Part shown: piece after piece, positions 11,901 to 26,060 of the stretch
Layout of the letters: each line of letters opens with the position of its first letter
How positions within the stretch are numbered: the stretch's first letter is position 1
NCBI GenBank assembly: GCA_030264375.1
Contig: JASCQW010000162.1
Coordinates: forward strand, 19,201,546-19,265,545
Length of the DNA: 64,000 nucleotides
Reading direction: 5' to 3'
Source: Carcharhinus longimanus
Taxonomy: Eukaryota
The notes under the pieces: model-generated
Database searches by the model: none
Seen by the model: only the letters and a program-made list of their open reading frames with translations
Told to the model about the DNA's origin: nothing
Made by a program: the position numbers and the translations under genes

Positions 11901-14339
11901 TTGATGTATAACCCGCAGTCATTACTGTACATATCTACTTTCGAAACTAATTTTCTCATTGTTGCTATAGTGCTTTCTTTGTAGTCCTGTATCCATCGTA
12001 ACACTCGGCCTGCTGTTCGATCCAAAAATGGTGTAGAGCTTGACCTAAATAATTTAAGTAGAGGTTCCACCAGTAGTCAGGTCATTACATTAATAGTAAA
12101 GCTGTAAAGTCTGTGGGAAGTTGTGAAGTAAAACGGATGAGGAAATCCTAAGTACATCTGATGACTTTTGGAAAAAAATGAAGGGTGTGAAATACAGCTG
12201 TCAGAGAAATTTTAAGATATGTTTTGCTCTCAAAACAGTGAAGTGAGTCTTTAGCTGGTATTTCCTTTGGTAGAAAAATGTTTCCAGCTGTGATACATCT
12301 GCCTATTTTTCTTTGTTCCACAATAAATGAACATTATGGGGGTCAGGGATTAATTAGACATTTTGTCAGAGGAGGGGGATGAATCTACTTCCAGATGCTC
12401 TTTCACAAGGGATCCAGATATTTATTTCTGTTTTCCATTTGGGTCTTTGCTTAAATTGTCCTTAAAACCAATAAATATTTTATGAACAAATGTGCTTGTG
12501 TAAGTTCTAAAAGTGGATAAAAAGCTTCTAAATCAGTTAGGTACTTGAATATATATGCATACAGCTAGGTGGTAGAGGAAGAATAAGGTAAGTTTCAGAG
12601 ATGGAAAAGAAAGGAATATTCAAAGATGAATTACAGTAAGGAAGCTACTCCATTAGGGGTGTGAAAGGGACTAGATGATGGTGGTTGTAATGTACAGTAG
12701 ATTTCTGAAAATTTTGAAACTTGTTCACAGAACTGTCTGCTAATTTTTGACCGTCTTTAAATTATGATGAGAAAACCTTGGTCTTCAAGAAATTTTCGAT
12801 AAACCACTGTTTGAGTTAAGACCCCAAGAAGTTTTGAGCACTTTTTTAAAAGCATCTTTGACAATGAAGTGAAGTTATACACTGCATGACAACTTATCAA
12901 GAGCATCTATTGTTTGAGGGGTGCAGGCTTGTTGCACATTGTGTAGTTTTTGAACAGAGATAAAGGAAAATGAATGACCTTTCAAACTGAGATGTGCAAG
13001 CAAATAATTGCTGTCAAATACAGTTTCCTTGTGTAGACCTGTCAAGTTACAACCATTTTTATTTTGTAAGACCGTATCCTGTGCCTCATTCAAAAAAAGA
13101 ACACCTGTTTTCATTAATATCTGGTCCTGATCCTAATTTGTATGTCTGTACATATATCTTCTTTTTTGTCTCAAAACTTCTTTCAAGCAGTTTGACCACA
13201 GAAGACTTGAGGAGGAGTAGTGGGTAGATTGTCAAGAAGAAATATATTACTAGAATGATGTAAGAGAGAAGTTTGCTAATGATGGAACTATTTTTGCAGT
13301 TGGTTTCAAACATTTTTGCAGCATCAAAATCTTGACAGCAAGCATGTCTCTGCAGGAAGGCCTTTTTCTTGAAGCAGGTGCTTAGTTGTGTGATGGGGGA
13401 AGTGACTCATGCAGTCTTTGAACTGGATCAGGAATGTGTCTGGGGAGAAGAGACTGAATGATTGTTTGCTGCTACAAGCCTCAGGGTCTGAACTGGCGAG
13501 GAGGAATGTTATTGTGTCTTTTAAAGCAGGTTTTGCACATGTCTTTGAGGTAGGGTCCCTGGGGAGTACCCTTCAGTAGCCAGCATAACAGTGGCTGCCT
13601 GGCCATCCCGATCTGATTGGATAGCAATTGTTTGTCCGGCCAAGAGATGAGGGGCCACTGGAATGTTCCATATTGCATCTACTTTGACCACCAAGTGGAG
13701 CTCACAAGACAGCGAGAGGAGTAACTCTAAATGTTTATAGATTCTTCACTAGAAATTGGACTGCATAGTGTGACCAGGGCGCAGTAAATAGTTTTGTTTA
13801 CAAGGAAATATTAACGTTACATTCCTGCTATTCAACCAGCTCAATGTTTATATTTTTTTAAGATTTTCATTTAATAAAAGAAAGGAAATTGAGAGTCTGA
13901 GTACTTCTCAAATCATGACTGTATTTCTCTCTCACTGATGTTATTTCTATGTATATATCATGTGTCAAATTAATATTGTGAAGAATAAATATGTACTGCT
14001 CCTTTCTTGATTCTGTGAAGCATGAAGAAGAGAGTTTTCAGTGCTATAAATCTTGAGAGCTCTAGCACCTGTTTTTGATCCAGAATCAGCCACTGTTGAT
14101 TGACTGTTGTAATGAAAGGGTGAGGTAGTTAAAGAAATTCTGCAATGATACACTTTTGGCTCCATGTTAGGCATTACAACGGTATCCAGGAGAGTAAGGT
14201 CAGTGTGCTGTTGTCCAATTTTTACATTCTTAATTCCAGAATCTAGAAGGTTATGGGTGATTTGGTATGCTGGTTTTAGAGATTTGAAATGAACTGAAAG
14301 GGTAAAGTGTGGGAAACTTTTTCTGTTGCTGTTGGTACC

Positions 14340-14936
14340 TTGGACAAGAGAGATTCCAGGATGCCATGTTGCCTCCCTGATGCTAGGATCAAGGATGTCT
14401 TGGAGTGGTTGCAGGATATTCTAAAAGAGGAGAGTAAACAGCCAGCTGTTGTGGTACACGTTGGTACAAACAACATGGGTCTTGAAAAAAGGAATGAGGT
14501 CCTAAAAGCAGCACTTAGGTGTGGAGAAATTCCTTCATCCAGAGAGTGAACCTGTGGAATTCACTACTGCAGAAAGTAGTTGAGACCAAAATGTTGTGTG
14601 ATTTTAAGAAGAAATTAGATATAGCTTTTGGCTCCAGGGATCAAGGGATTGGGCCGCAGGGGGGGTGGGGGGGGGGGGGCGTCAGTAGTNNNNNNNNNNN
14701 NNNNNNNNNNNNNNNNNNNNNNNNNNNNNNNNNNNNNNNNNNNNNNNNNNNNNNNNNNNNNNNNNNNNNNNNNNNNNNNNNNNNNNNNNGTAGTTCTTGG
14801 CTACAGGGATCAAGGGATATTGGGGGGGGCGGGGGTCAAGGTCTTGAATTTGATGATTAGCCAGGATCATAATGAATAGTGGAGCAGGCTCAGAGGCTGA
14901 CTGGCCTACTTTTTTTTTCTATGCATGTTTTTATGT
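14340..14936 (+). mobile_element. Internally deleted CR1 LINE (ORF1 esterase-like fragment joined to the 3' end)
   Basis: CCLPDARIKDVLEWLQDIL..QPAVVVHVGTNNM is a CR1 ORF1 SGNH-like motif. It is followed directly by RNSFIQRVNLWNSL and a CR1 tail. An N gap lies inside. Confidence 0.75.
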
Positions 14937-16239
14937 AAAATTGAGCCTGGAGAAAAGTTTGGAAATACTTCTTTGTGCAAAAGATACAACTGTGGAACTC
15001 TCCTATAAAATGTGTTAAATGCTAATTTAGATTAATTTTTAGATCTGAGTTTTTTGCGTTATCAAAAAAATATAGAACTAAAGAGATAGAGTTAGGATAT
15101 AGATATTGATCTCATTGAATGGCAGGACAAGCTTGAGGGGCTTCATGGTCTACTTCAGTTCCAATGTCCCTTTACGAACATTGGGCTCTATTTTTGCAAG
15201 GTGGACCTACTGACAGAAAATACTGTGATTCACTGCCTTATCCTATCATCCAAATTCTAGATGTGCAATTTAATGGAATAGCAGAGTAATTGGAATAAAG
15301 CTTGCTTGTATTTCGGATGCAGGGGACAGGAGGACCATGTGTCAACTTTTCGTTAGATTCAGTTATGGTGCTAAAGTGGGATTTTCTGATTCTGTTGCTG
15401 TCAATGAAATTTTCTCATTGGCTGCAGGGAACTTAATTGGTGGGACCAGAAGATCCATCGGCTTGAACAGCAAAAACATTCCGCCCGTGGAGTTTTTAAA
15501 GCGAAGTGTATTCACAGTTTTAAAAACTTGGAACTAAAATAGTAGCCTATTAAAATAGTAATGAGCTAGCTTTGTTTCCCTATAGACTCTAAATAATAAG
15601 TTAATTGTTTCAGGCATCAATAATTGCCCCGTGCTCATTATGTTGTAATGTCTCTATTTGTTCTACAGCCTCTACAGTGAGCAATTCGCCATTTGCAGTG
15701 ATTTCAATTGTCATCACATCTCCCCCGCTCCCTTCTTCTGAATTCAGTATCCTTGTGTCCTGTCTAAACTTCTCTCCTGCCTCATAAATTAATTTAATTC
15801 ATGACCAACCCTCTCAGCCTTGCACCTCCTATGGTTTAGGTCAATGCCAGGGCCATCACTGATCATTTTATTGTATCTATCACCACTACACTCCCCTTCC
15901 AATATTTTCTGTCATTTGAAGGGGCCAGGGGAGACTTTCCCTAAGACAAAGCACTTTACAGCCAATGAAGCGCAAGCACTGTTGTGATATAGGAAATATG
16001 GCAGTCAAAAAGAAGGCTACCTACCCAGGCTCCTCCTTATTATCTCCAAGGTTATTTCATCCATCACATTTTTCGGTTACTCCCTCAGCCCTATTCTCTC
16101 TAAACCTACTTATCACCCAACGTTTCTTTCTGGCTCCCAAGCTTACCAACATTATAAATGGTTCAGTCTCCTCAAGTACTGATTACCCTCTTTCAAATTT
16201 GCTGCCATCAACCACAAATAAAACATCCATAACTCGATG

Positions 16240-16545
16240 AATAGGCTCCACCTATGAGATTGTTAATTCGAGTTCCACCTCAGATCTTGAACACAAAAAC
16301 CTTAACGATCTTGTGCACTATTCGAACAAGAGCAATGGAGTTATTTCCAGTATCCTATTTAATATTTATTCCCCAAATACTACAGAATAGGCTATTGGGT
16401 CATTATCACAATGCTGTTTGTGCAAGCATACAATGCACAAATTGACTGCTTTATTTCTTATATTACATTACCTGCATTTCTTTGGCTTTTAAGTGTTTTT
16501 GAGATATCATATGGTTATCAAAGGTGCTATATAAATGCAAGTATT
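16240..16545 (+). mobile_element. DeuSINE (SacSINE1/AmnSINE1-like), decayed
   Basis: Deu-domain-like GGTCATTATCACAATGCTGTTTGTG...CACAAATTGACTGC and tail AAAGGTGCTATATAAATGCAAG. Confidence 0.6.
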
Positions 16546-16685
16546 TCAGTTTTCTTTCCAAGCCACTCAGCTGCTCTTAAACTCAGCCAACTCGAGTTTG
16601 ACCTTTCCATTTGTTGTGATACTTGGATTGGCTTAATTACTACTTCATCTTCATGTTTGATGCTTTTACCCTTTGCAAACCCTTT

Positions 16686-16964
16686 GCGGTGGCACAGTGG
16701 TTAGCACTGCTGCCTCACAGCACTAGGGACCAAAATTCAATTCCTGGCTCGAGTCACTGTCTATGTGAAGCCTGCATGTTCTCCCTGTCTGTGTGGGTTT
16801 CTTTCCTGGGTGCTTCTCCTCTCCTAACCAGCACTCCGAATGATGTGCTGGTTAGGTGCGTTAGCCATACTAAATTCTCCCTTAGTGTACCCGAACGGGC
16901 GCCGGAGTATGGCAACCAGGGGATTTTCATGATAACTTCATTGCAATGTTAATGTAAGTTTTAT
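16686..16964 (+). mobile_element. tRNA-derived V-SINE, tail type B
   Basis: A box TGGCACAGTGGTTAGCAC, V-domain TGCATGTTCTCCCTGTCTGTGTGGGTTTC and tail GGATTTTCATGATAACTTCATTGCAATGTTAATGTAAG. Confidence 0.8.
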
Positions 16965-17558
16965 NNNNNNNNNNNNNNNNNNNNNNNNNNNNNNNNNNNN
17001 NNNNNNNNNNNNNNNNNNNNNNNNNNNNNNNNNNNNNNNNNNNNNNNNNNNNNNNNNNNNNNNNNNNNNNNNNNNNNNNNNNNNNNNNNNNNNNNNNNNN
17101 NNNNNNNNNNNNNNNNNNNNNNNNNNNNNNNNNNNNNNNNNNNNNNNNNNNNNNNNNNNNNNNNNNNNNNNNNNNNNNNNNNNNNNNNNNNNNNNNNNNN
17201 NNNNNNNNNNNNNNNNNNNNNNNNNNNNNNNNNNNNNNNNNNNNNNNNNNNNNNNNNNNNNNNNNNNNNNNNNNNNNNNNNNNNNNNNNNNNNNNNNNNN
17301 NNNNNNNNNNNNNNNNNNNNNNNNNNNNNNNNNNNNNNNNNNNNNNNNNNNNNNNNNNNNNNNNNNNNNNNNNNNNNNNNNNNNNNNNNNNNNNNNNNNN
17401 NNNNNNNNNNNNNNNNNNNNNNNNNNNNNNNNNNNNNNNNNNNNNNNNNNNNNNNNNNNNNNNNNNNNNNNNNNNNNNNNNNNNNNNNNNNNNNNNNNNN
17501 NNNNNNNNNNNNNNNNNNNNNNNNNNNNNNNNNNNNNNNNNNNNNNNNNNNNNNNNNN

Positions 17559-17641
17559 GACTTCCCCTTAACGAATCCGTGCTGCGTCTGCTCTATCAAA
17601 CAATTCTTCTCAAGATGCCTCGCTATTTCCTCTTTCCTCAA
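17559..17641 (-). mobile_element. CR1 LINE ORF2 fragment running into an N gap
   Basis: Translates to IARHLEKNCLIEQTQHGFVKGK, the QHGF motif that precedes the CR1 RT domain. Confidence 0.7.
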
Positions 17642-17689
17642 CTTTTCTGCAACTCCCTGTTTGAGTTTTCTGCCTCAGTCGTAACACCG

Positions 17690-19080
17690 AAACAGCCCTA
17701 ATCAAATTGCAAATTAACCCTCTGTGATTGTAACCATGGTTTATTATCTTATGCTATCTTCTCTACAGCCTTTGACTTAGTTGACCACACCTTATCTTCC
17801 AGTACCCCTCTTGTCCACTTCAGTAGGATTACTTTGTTACTTGTTCCTATGTGATTTTGGTTATTACGGCTCCAGCAATGACATTTGTTCCTAAACCCAC
17901 ATTGCTAAGTTTGGAGTATGCCAGGGATCTTTCCTTTCTGCATCTCTGCATCTACACCCCATTCTAATATTCACTCTGACCTTTGGTAACATCATCCACA
18001 AATATGGGATCAGATTTACACACTTACACAGACGACACTCAGCTCAACCTCTCCCTCAGCTTTTCTTGACCCCTGTATTAGCTCTGTAGTTAACACTGTT
18101 TAATATGCAGTTTGGATGAACCACAATTTGTTCTCATTAAATATCTGAAGGATAAAAGCCATTACTATTAGCTATTCATTATGGCATCATTATGCTTGAC
18201 ACAGATTTCATTAACCCCCCGGCCACTCCTCAGCCATTATCTCGGATGTCTTGGACAATTTGCAGCCTTAGTGTCTTATTTACTGGAGCTAAGTTTCTAA
18301 CACTACATCCTAGCTATTTGACCTCTGTCACATCACCCAATGATGTTGGGAAGCTGACTCCGCTCATCTGTTAGTGAAACCATTATCCATGTCCTTGTCA
18401 CCTCTAGACCAGACTGTTAAAATGCCCCCGATGACTTTCCATTCTCTACCCTATGTAAGTTTAATCATATCTAAAACTTTGTTACCTGTATCCTATCCTG
18501 CTGACCCATGTCTGTGCTGACTACATTTGCGTGTTTAAACTGCCTCATTAGTTTGTTGCTTCCTTTCTCTGTAGCTTCTCCAGCTTTGTAATCTCTCCCA
18601 GGCATCCACACCTCTGGAGTTGGCTTCCTCTACATCTTGTTCTGCCTTCGCTCTGCCATTGGCAGTAGGAATGCCTTCATCCACTGAACCCCAGCTCTGG
18701 AACATAAGAACATAAGAAATAGGAGCAGGAGTAGGCCATCTAGCCCTTCGAGCCTGCCCCGCCATTCAANNNNNNNNNNNNNNNNNNNNNNNNNNNNNNN
18801 NNNNNNNNNNNNNNNNNNNNNNNNNNNNNNNNNNNNNNNNNNNNNNNNNNNNNNNNNNNNNNNNNNNNNCACCCTTTGAGTGAAGAAGTTCCTCCTCAAC
18901 TCCGTTCTAAACTGCCCCCTTATCTTGCCCCCTAAACTGCCCCCTTATCTTGAGGCTGTGCCCTCTAGTAATTGCTTCCTTTGCCCTCTGCTTTTGCAGC
19001 TGCCTTTTTTCCCCTTCTGATCCTCAGTAAAACATATTTCTTTAAGGAAGCTTTTTAGTTGCCCCTTCTAATGTCCTCTA
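17690..19080 (+). mobile_element. L2-clade LINE RT region, decayed, interrupted by a younger CR1 tail
   Basis: Motif remnants include LSTAFDLVDH (LSAAFDTVDH), GVCQGS (GVPQGS), YTDDTQL (YADDTQL) and IHVLVTSRPDC (HAFVTSRLDY). Confidence 0.7.
18701..18968 (-). mobile_element. Young CR1 3' fragment
   Basis: AACATAAGAACATAAGAAATAGGAGCAGGAGTAGGCCATCTAGCCC tail and RRNFFTQRV. Nearly identical to the copy at 43188-43490. Confidence 0.85.
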
Positions 19081-22000
19081 CTTTGGTTCATTATCTATTT
19101 TAGTACTGCATGTGCAGTACTTAAGGACATTCTTGTAAAGGTGCAAAATGAAATGTGGTGTTGCATGATGCTCAGCCATTAGAATGGCAAACACTGCAAA
19201 ACCAGAGAGAGAGATTTCAGCCAAGCATCTAAACTTACAAGGTCTTTGAGAATTTCTGCATCAGAAATTATCCAAATATGTTGACTGGCAGAGTGTATGT
19301 TTAGTTCTACAATAGAATTACTGGTCCATTAACCAGTCATACACTCAGATCAGTGTTGACATTTATTTTGTGTAGGTGTTTATTTGAAGCTCTGTTAAAG
19401 GATGTTTACTTTTAAATTCACAGTAACTACCGAGGCAAGTGCATGAGTGGGTTTTAAACCTTAAAATCTTATTAGCAAATCAGTGAAGTTGTTTTCAAGA
19501 AGATACATTTATTTTCATTGGTATCAGTTGGCACTAAATTTTGTTGATCATAACATTATATAAGTGACCCATAACATTAGAATTATTTGTAAAATGAATT
19601 GCTCCATCAGCAAATGACAGGTCCTTTAGGAGTCTCAGTAGATGTATTTTTTAATATTTTAAGTTAGTGTTACTTTTAAACATTTATTGTATCCATGACA
19701 CTAGTATTTATACAAATCAAAACTCATTTGGATGAAAATGATATTTTGAGCAGTATGCAGTTACATTTTTGTAGGCCACAGTATATTTTTATATTACTTA
19801 GGAATATTATTTTGTAATACTGATGAAAGTCTGTTTAATTCTGATACAAGTTTATTCCCACACTTGCTGATGCATCATTTTCTTTGTTTGACAGCCGGCA
19901 TGGTGGTAGTTGTTTCTTACATATTGGATCAGATTCCTATTTTTCTAATTAGGATTATGAAATGGCAGTAATTTTAGTGAGAAAATTGAAATGCAAAATT
20001 AAAACAAAAAGCTAAGTGCACAAGGAAAATCCCTTCTTATTCACCTTGCTGAATGTATAAAGGGTTTAAAAAAGGCTTTCCTCAATTATATGTGAAGTAC
20101 AAATTAATTTGCTTTCACTGCTGCCAGACAGCTGTATTTGTAGACTCTTGTGTGGTATCTGATTTAAAAAAAAAATATTGGTAGTCTCTGTTCCTATACA
20201 TTTCCTTTTCATTTCAGTGATTGCATGTTATGTGAATATCANNNNNNNNNNTGCTCACACAAGGAATCTTTGAGATTATCTGCATTGTGGTAAAAGAGAT
20301 GAAATGGGAGAGTTATCAACTAAAATAACAACAATATTTAATAAACTTGCCCAGCTGTGGAAATGTTGAATAGCATCGGAACAACTGTTTCAGTGCTTGT
20401 TGAAATGTTAATAATGACTGAGAATAAAAAAGCAAGGCATTGGATAATATTTAGGAGGCATTTCTACACTTAAAAGTGGAGTGAAATTAGCAGATATTGC
20501 TCACTCGCTGCCCACTTCCTTGCATGGCTGTATTGCCCAGCTGCTATGATGATTCACTATCATATTCGCTTATATTTTCTAATGGTCTGGCATTTTTGCT
20601 TTTATGTGGCAGCTTGCAGTCACCCACTCTGAGATCAGTTGTAACCATATCCGCCTGGTGGGAATGAGGCAAGTGGGCAGTTTAAAAACAAGGTGGTTAA
20701 TTACCTTCATAGATCCCAACCATTTCAGATATTAACTCGCAATCTTAAAGCAGATGGGAGACTTGATTTGTGCAAATCTATTGTGCTATTAAGACTCAGG
20801 ACCTGAGCAGGGGAGCCACTCTGGTTGCTTGGGCTTTCCTGCTAAGAATTAGATCTGCAGCTGTTCTGAATGAAGACAGAAGCGATTCTTCAGTCAAGTT
20901 AAAAATGTTCTGTTGTGGGGCCAGGAGAAGCAGAAGTGTTCTTTGGGGCTCCCCAAAGGAAGTCCAGTCGTCTTCGTATTAGAAACTGTCCCCAAGAACC
21001 CTGTTATATCCTCCTTTCAGTCATTAACCTGGAAGCTGGCAGTCAGTTGAGGGTTGCTTAAAATTTGTCTGCCAGAAGCCTTATTGCGCTCTCTTCACAT
21101 GCAGGAAGTGAACTGGTGGCATTTAATTGAAGCCTAGTGGTTAACATCACTGTGGCCTCCTGGCATGTGTTCTGGCTTGGAAATAAACTTTCCAGAGCGG
21201 TTTGCTGCTGAAAACCGTTTTTGCTGTTTGTGTACTGACTTGTCTCTTTCTGTTTTGTTTTCTCTCTGCCACCCCAGAATTCAAAACAGATCAGAGTGCT
21301 GTACATAGAGCTTCTCAAATTGTACAAGTGAAGGATCCTAGAGTCAAAGAGACCTTGTGTAGAACCAAATTAATTTCATTAATTCAAACCACATTTTCTA
21401 GATTTTTGTTTGTTGCACTAACCATTGGTTTGAAACCTCTCTAACACAGGATCTGCTGATTTCACAGAGCTCTTGGAGTCAGTTGCTGCTGTCCTTGTTT
21501 CAACTTGATTCCCAGCCTTGCTTGGCACTGTACTGAGTGCTGGTTAAAGGCCAGTACAAACACACTGGGGACTTGGAGTGGGTTAGTTTATCATGCAGTA
21601 AGTGAAAAGTAAAAGGTTGAAGAATGAATGCGGATTTTGAGGCAAGTGGAAAAAATAGAATAGCACCATTAGTTGAAAGGATGTGGAAAATTAACTGTTG
21701 AATTCTGAAGTAATATCTCTTATTTGATTAAATATAAAGGCAAAAAACATCAATGACAGAAAATGGAACCTGTCACCTGTTGACTTCACATTGAGTAGCT
21801 AGAGAGAAAGGTTTCTATGATGAGAATAGCATACGAAGATTTTTGCTCATTAAGATTGCATCTTGGATCTTGCGTTTTCCCCCAAATACTCAGTGAAGGT
21901 GATATTGATGTCAGTAATTATTTTGTAATGGTTGCCATTGTTCAGTAACTGCTGATGCTTTCTAATCTGGAAAACCTATTTTCCTAATTATAATTGCAAA

Positions 22001-25000
22001 AAATGCTATATTTTCTGCAGGTTTGCTAAAAATTTTCTCAAATATTTCAAGAGACTCCACATGCTCCATTTGGACATTTGTATTATTGCACTTGAACTTT
22101 CTCTGCGTTTGACTTTTTTTCTCAATTGTTAGAAACTTGTGTGTGAAAAGGCTGTACAAATTGTACAGCATCAAAACTATTTCTGAATGCTAAAAAGGAT
22201 AGATGGGATACAAATTGATTGGGTTACCACTTATATTAATAACTGATGAAATAGGGGTATGTTCTGAATTAAGGTGTACAATGGAGCATCTTATATTATT
22301 TCCTTTGCTGCTGAGGGAATTCCAAAGTTGGTAACAAATTGAGAAAGTAAACTGTGTGATGTGGGCCAACAAATGAGACAATTTTGTGTGTATCCAAAGG
22401 AATTGGAATATTAAACAGGTAGTCCCACTTTTAAAAGGTCTCTGTTGGGTTAAGCAGCTGAAGCACAATACTGACTATTGAAGTAAATTTCCACCTACTT
22501 TTAATTGGATTAAAAATGACAACCTGTTGTACATTTGCACCTTTTGTTATGTGGTTGTCCAGTTTGTTAGTAACAAGGGTTGCAATAAGATAAACTGGTA
22601 AAATTATGAGTAGAAAGTACAGAATTGAGAAAAAATACATTTTAAGTGGGGTAACAGCTAAAGTAACTTGAGAATCTTGAAATAATTTAGTTTTCATTCT
22701 TTGATGACTTACCCTAGTCAACCATAATCAGTTTCACCGAGCTTTCAGTGCTTGCGTTTTATCTGTAAATAACCTTCTGGATTGCACATGTTTGGCTTGT
22801 TGCATAGGTACAGTAGCTGTGGGCCATTATGGCTAGAATGTAATGTCCTTAAAATCGAGGTCATGGATTTTATAACAGCTGGGCTTTATTTAAAAAAAAC
22901 ACCTACCATTATTTCCATTTTTATTCTGTGTGCAAGTATTGTAATAGCACTAAATGAAGGGATTTCAGAGTATTAAAATGTCATGTGCTATTTGAGGGTG
23001 GGGAAAGCCATACCATTTCAAATAATCTATTTATATTGGAGAATAATAAAATCCTAGCAAAAGCTTTGCTTTTTTAGGTACAGTAACTGGTTACTTCATA
23101 GTGACAGTTTATGGTATCTTATACAAGTTCTCACTTGATTGCCTTTTTCTTGGACTTCAGTGAAAAGACTGCCTGCTGAATTGTCTTCCACACTGCTAAA
23201 GGTGCTGGTGCCTCCTAAATAATATTGCAGGCTGTCTCTTGTGGTAGCATTGTACATAAATTCAACTGCAGAGAGCCTAGATAGCTCCAATTTTTGTGAG
23301 GCACCGAATTTTTGCTGTTTCTGTCTTTATGGGATGAGTAACCCTTTATATTACCATAAAACTTGTCAATAATCTAAGATTCATAGCGAAGTGTAGTAAT
23401 TTCTGTTTAACATTTTTTCAGATGTTTCTTCAACAAAGGAAGGATGTTCAAATTAGATATTTCTATTCAGCCAGTAGTTGCCCAAAGTTCGTGAAAGACA
23501 GAGCTATAATGTGGTTGTAGTGGAATAGTGTTATCTATAGATAGCTCTAAGATTTTCTCAAGTCTTAAAATAGAAATTTTACATTTTCAAATGATTTGTG
23601 TTGTTTGTATCTTTCTTGCCAACCGAAGATGTTAAAACATTTGACAGCAGGAAGTGTTCTTTTTCAGCAGTTGCTAAGCTATAGAAACTGATCGCTAAGC
23701 GACACAGCAATGCAGACCATTCTTCTTTTAGTTTTTCTGGCTTTGTATATAGCAGTTTCAGGATGTGTTGACTTCCTGAAATTTGATAAACCTCTTGATG
23801 CTACAGAGCTAGTTAAAACTTCCAGTATACTTAAATTGGATGAAATAGGTCTTAATTGTACTATACTTCAACTTGCCAACAGTATCAAAGAATTTGAAGC
23901 CATTAAATTAATGTAGATAGACATGATATGCTGCACAGATGGAGGCTATTTAGCTCATCATACCTGTGTCAGCCAAAACAGAGGAAAAAAAGAAACTAGC
24001 CAATCATTTTAATCTCACCTTTCAGCACCTGATCCGTAGCTTTGCAGATAAAGTTTTGCTTCTATAACATTGTGATAGAAAGTCTCCAGTAAGGGAAGCT
24101 ATTGCAGGACATCACATTTTGGGGTAAGGATATAATTTTAATAAAATATATTCAGCATGTCAGATGCCCATTTTACACCTTTCAATTTTAAAAGATTTGC
24201 ATTCAACATATTTGTGCTAATCCCATGAACTGTAATTTGATGATGCAATATACGACATTAAAACAAGGTCATCCTGGCTAAAGGTGTTTACTAAGCTTAA
24301 AATTGACTAAATTACAGAATTTTATGCAGAAATGCTTTTGGTGGTTTTAAGAACGCAATTATTAAAGAGGTGTCTCTAAATTATTTGCTGTTGTATATTT
24401 TTGTGTACGCACTTAGAGTTGTGTGCTTTCATGAGCTTCACCATGAAGAAGCATGTGTACAGTATATACTCATGTAAAAGTTGACCCCATGACTTTTAGC
24501 CACCAAAATGTAATTTCACATTAACTTGTGTACAAGTTGACTTAAAGTTGCAGGGATCAAAACATCTTACGATAATTGTTCATTAAATATAAAAGTATGC
24601 GCAGGAACCTTTAGATTTTCCTTCTGTCAATTCTAGAAGCAGTCTCCCAACCAATCAGCTAATGTGGTACTACAAGATCCATCACAATGTATCTGAGAAA
24701 AAATAACAAGGATGCAGCCTACAGGAAAAGTGGCAGAATGAGTTGATGAGCATTCCCAAAATGGTCGTCATTTGATCTCTGTCCTCAGAGGTGAAGAAAG
24801 GTGGCATTTCAGCATTCGAAGTCAGTGCCTGGTGGTACACAGGATTCATGAAAAAGTGTGATTTGACTTTCCATCAGAAAATGAAAATTTCTGTCACCTA
24901 ACTCCAATGATAACATTTCAAGTTTCAATGATTTACCATCTGACATCAAGAGAAGAATGCATATCCATTGGCTTGCACTGGAAATGTGGATGAAACACTG

Positions 25001-25544
25001 ATTAACATCCACATATTAGCAAATGAGACTGTTACCAAGACTGATATTAAAAAAGATGACTGGCCATGAGAAGATGTGATTCACAGTGGTTCCATCTTGT
25101 GTGACAGTTAGCACAAACTAAAGCTGATGCTGATATCAGAATGCAAACCTCTCCCCAGAGAGAAATTTCAATAGGGCTTTGTCAGCCCCGTTTACGAGAG
25201 AGGCTGGAAGGATGATGGCAGTTGCAAGAAATGGATCATGCTGTGGATCTTGAGATCAGGAGACTAAGAAAAACACTTGTTCACATCCCACCTGCTTGAT
25301 GATGTGAGATCCACCAACATCAATGTAGCATTTATTCCAAGTGGTCCTACAAGTGTTGTTCAGCCCTCAGATGTCTGAATAAATAAACCTTTGAAGGACA
25401 GTATTCAAAAGATGGTGAAAAAGAAATTTAACCAAAGGTAGAAATATGCAAGCACTCTCACAAGCAACATTGTACCAATGGGTCACAGATACATGGAATG
25501 AACTCTATCCTAATATTGCCAGGCCGTTTCAGAAGACAACTAAG

Positions 25545-26060
25545 AGTCACCTGCATTGTTGAGGGTCTGAAGTCACATGCAGGCCAGATCAGGTAAGAAG
25601 GACAAATTTCTTTCCCTAAAGGACTTTAGTGAACCAGATGGGTTTTTTACAATAATCAACTGCCGGGATGACACAGTAGTTAGCACTACCTCTCAACGCC
25701 AGGGACCCAGGTTTGATTCCTGGCTTGGGTCACTGTCTGTACGAAGTCTGCATGTTCTCCCCATGTCTGCATGGGTTTCCTCCCACAGTCCAAAAGATGT
25801 GCGGGTTAGATGTGCTAGCCACGCTAAATTCTCCTTCAGGGTACTTGAACAGGTGCTGGAGTGCGGCAACTGGGGAATTTTCACAGTAACTTCATTGCAG
25901 TGATAATGTAAGCCCATTTGTGACTCTAATAAATAAACTTAAGCAATAGTTTCAAATTCCAGATTTTTGGCTCTGGTGGAATTTAAACCAGGGTACAGAC
26001 AGTATTACTCTGGGTCTCTAGATTGCTACTGTAGTGACAATATCACTATTCACCACCTCC
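25545..26060 (-). mobile_element. Older tRNA-derived SINE (same family as 44135-44472), split by a V-SINE
   Basis: GTCACATGCAGGCCAGATCAGGTAAG...TCCCTAAAGGACTTTAGTGAACCAGATGGGTTTTT matches 44245-44320. The head remnant follows 25945. Confidence 0.6.
25664..25940 (+). mobile_element. tRNA-derived V-SINE, tail type B
   Basis: ACACAGTAGTTAGCAC...GGTTTGATTCC (A and B boxes), a V-domain, and tail TTTTCACAGTAACTTCATTGCAGTGATAATGTAAG...AATAAATAAAC. Confidence 0.85.
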
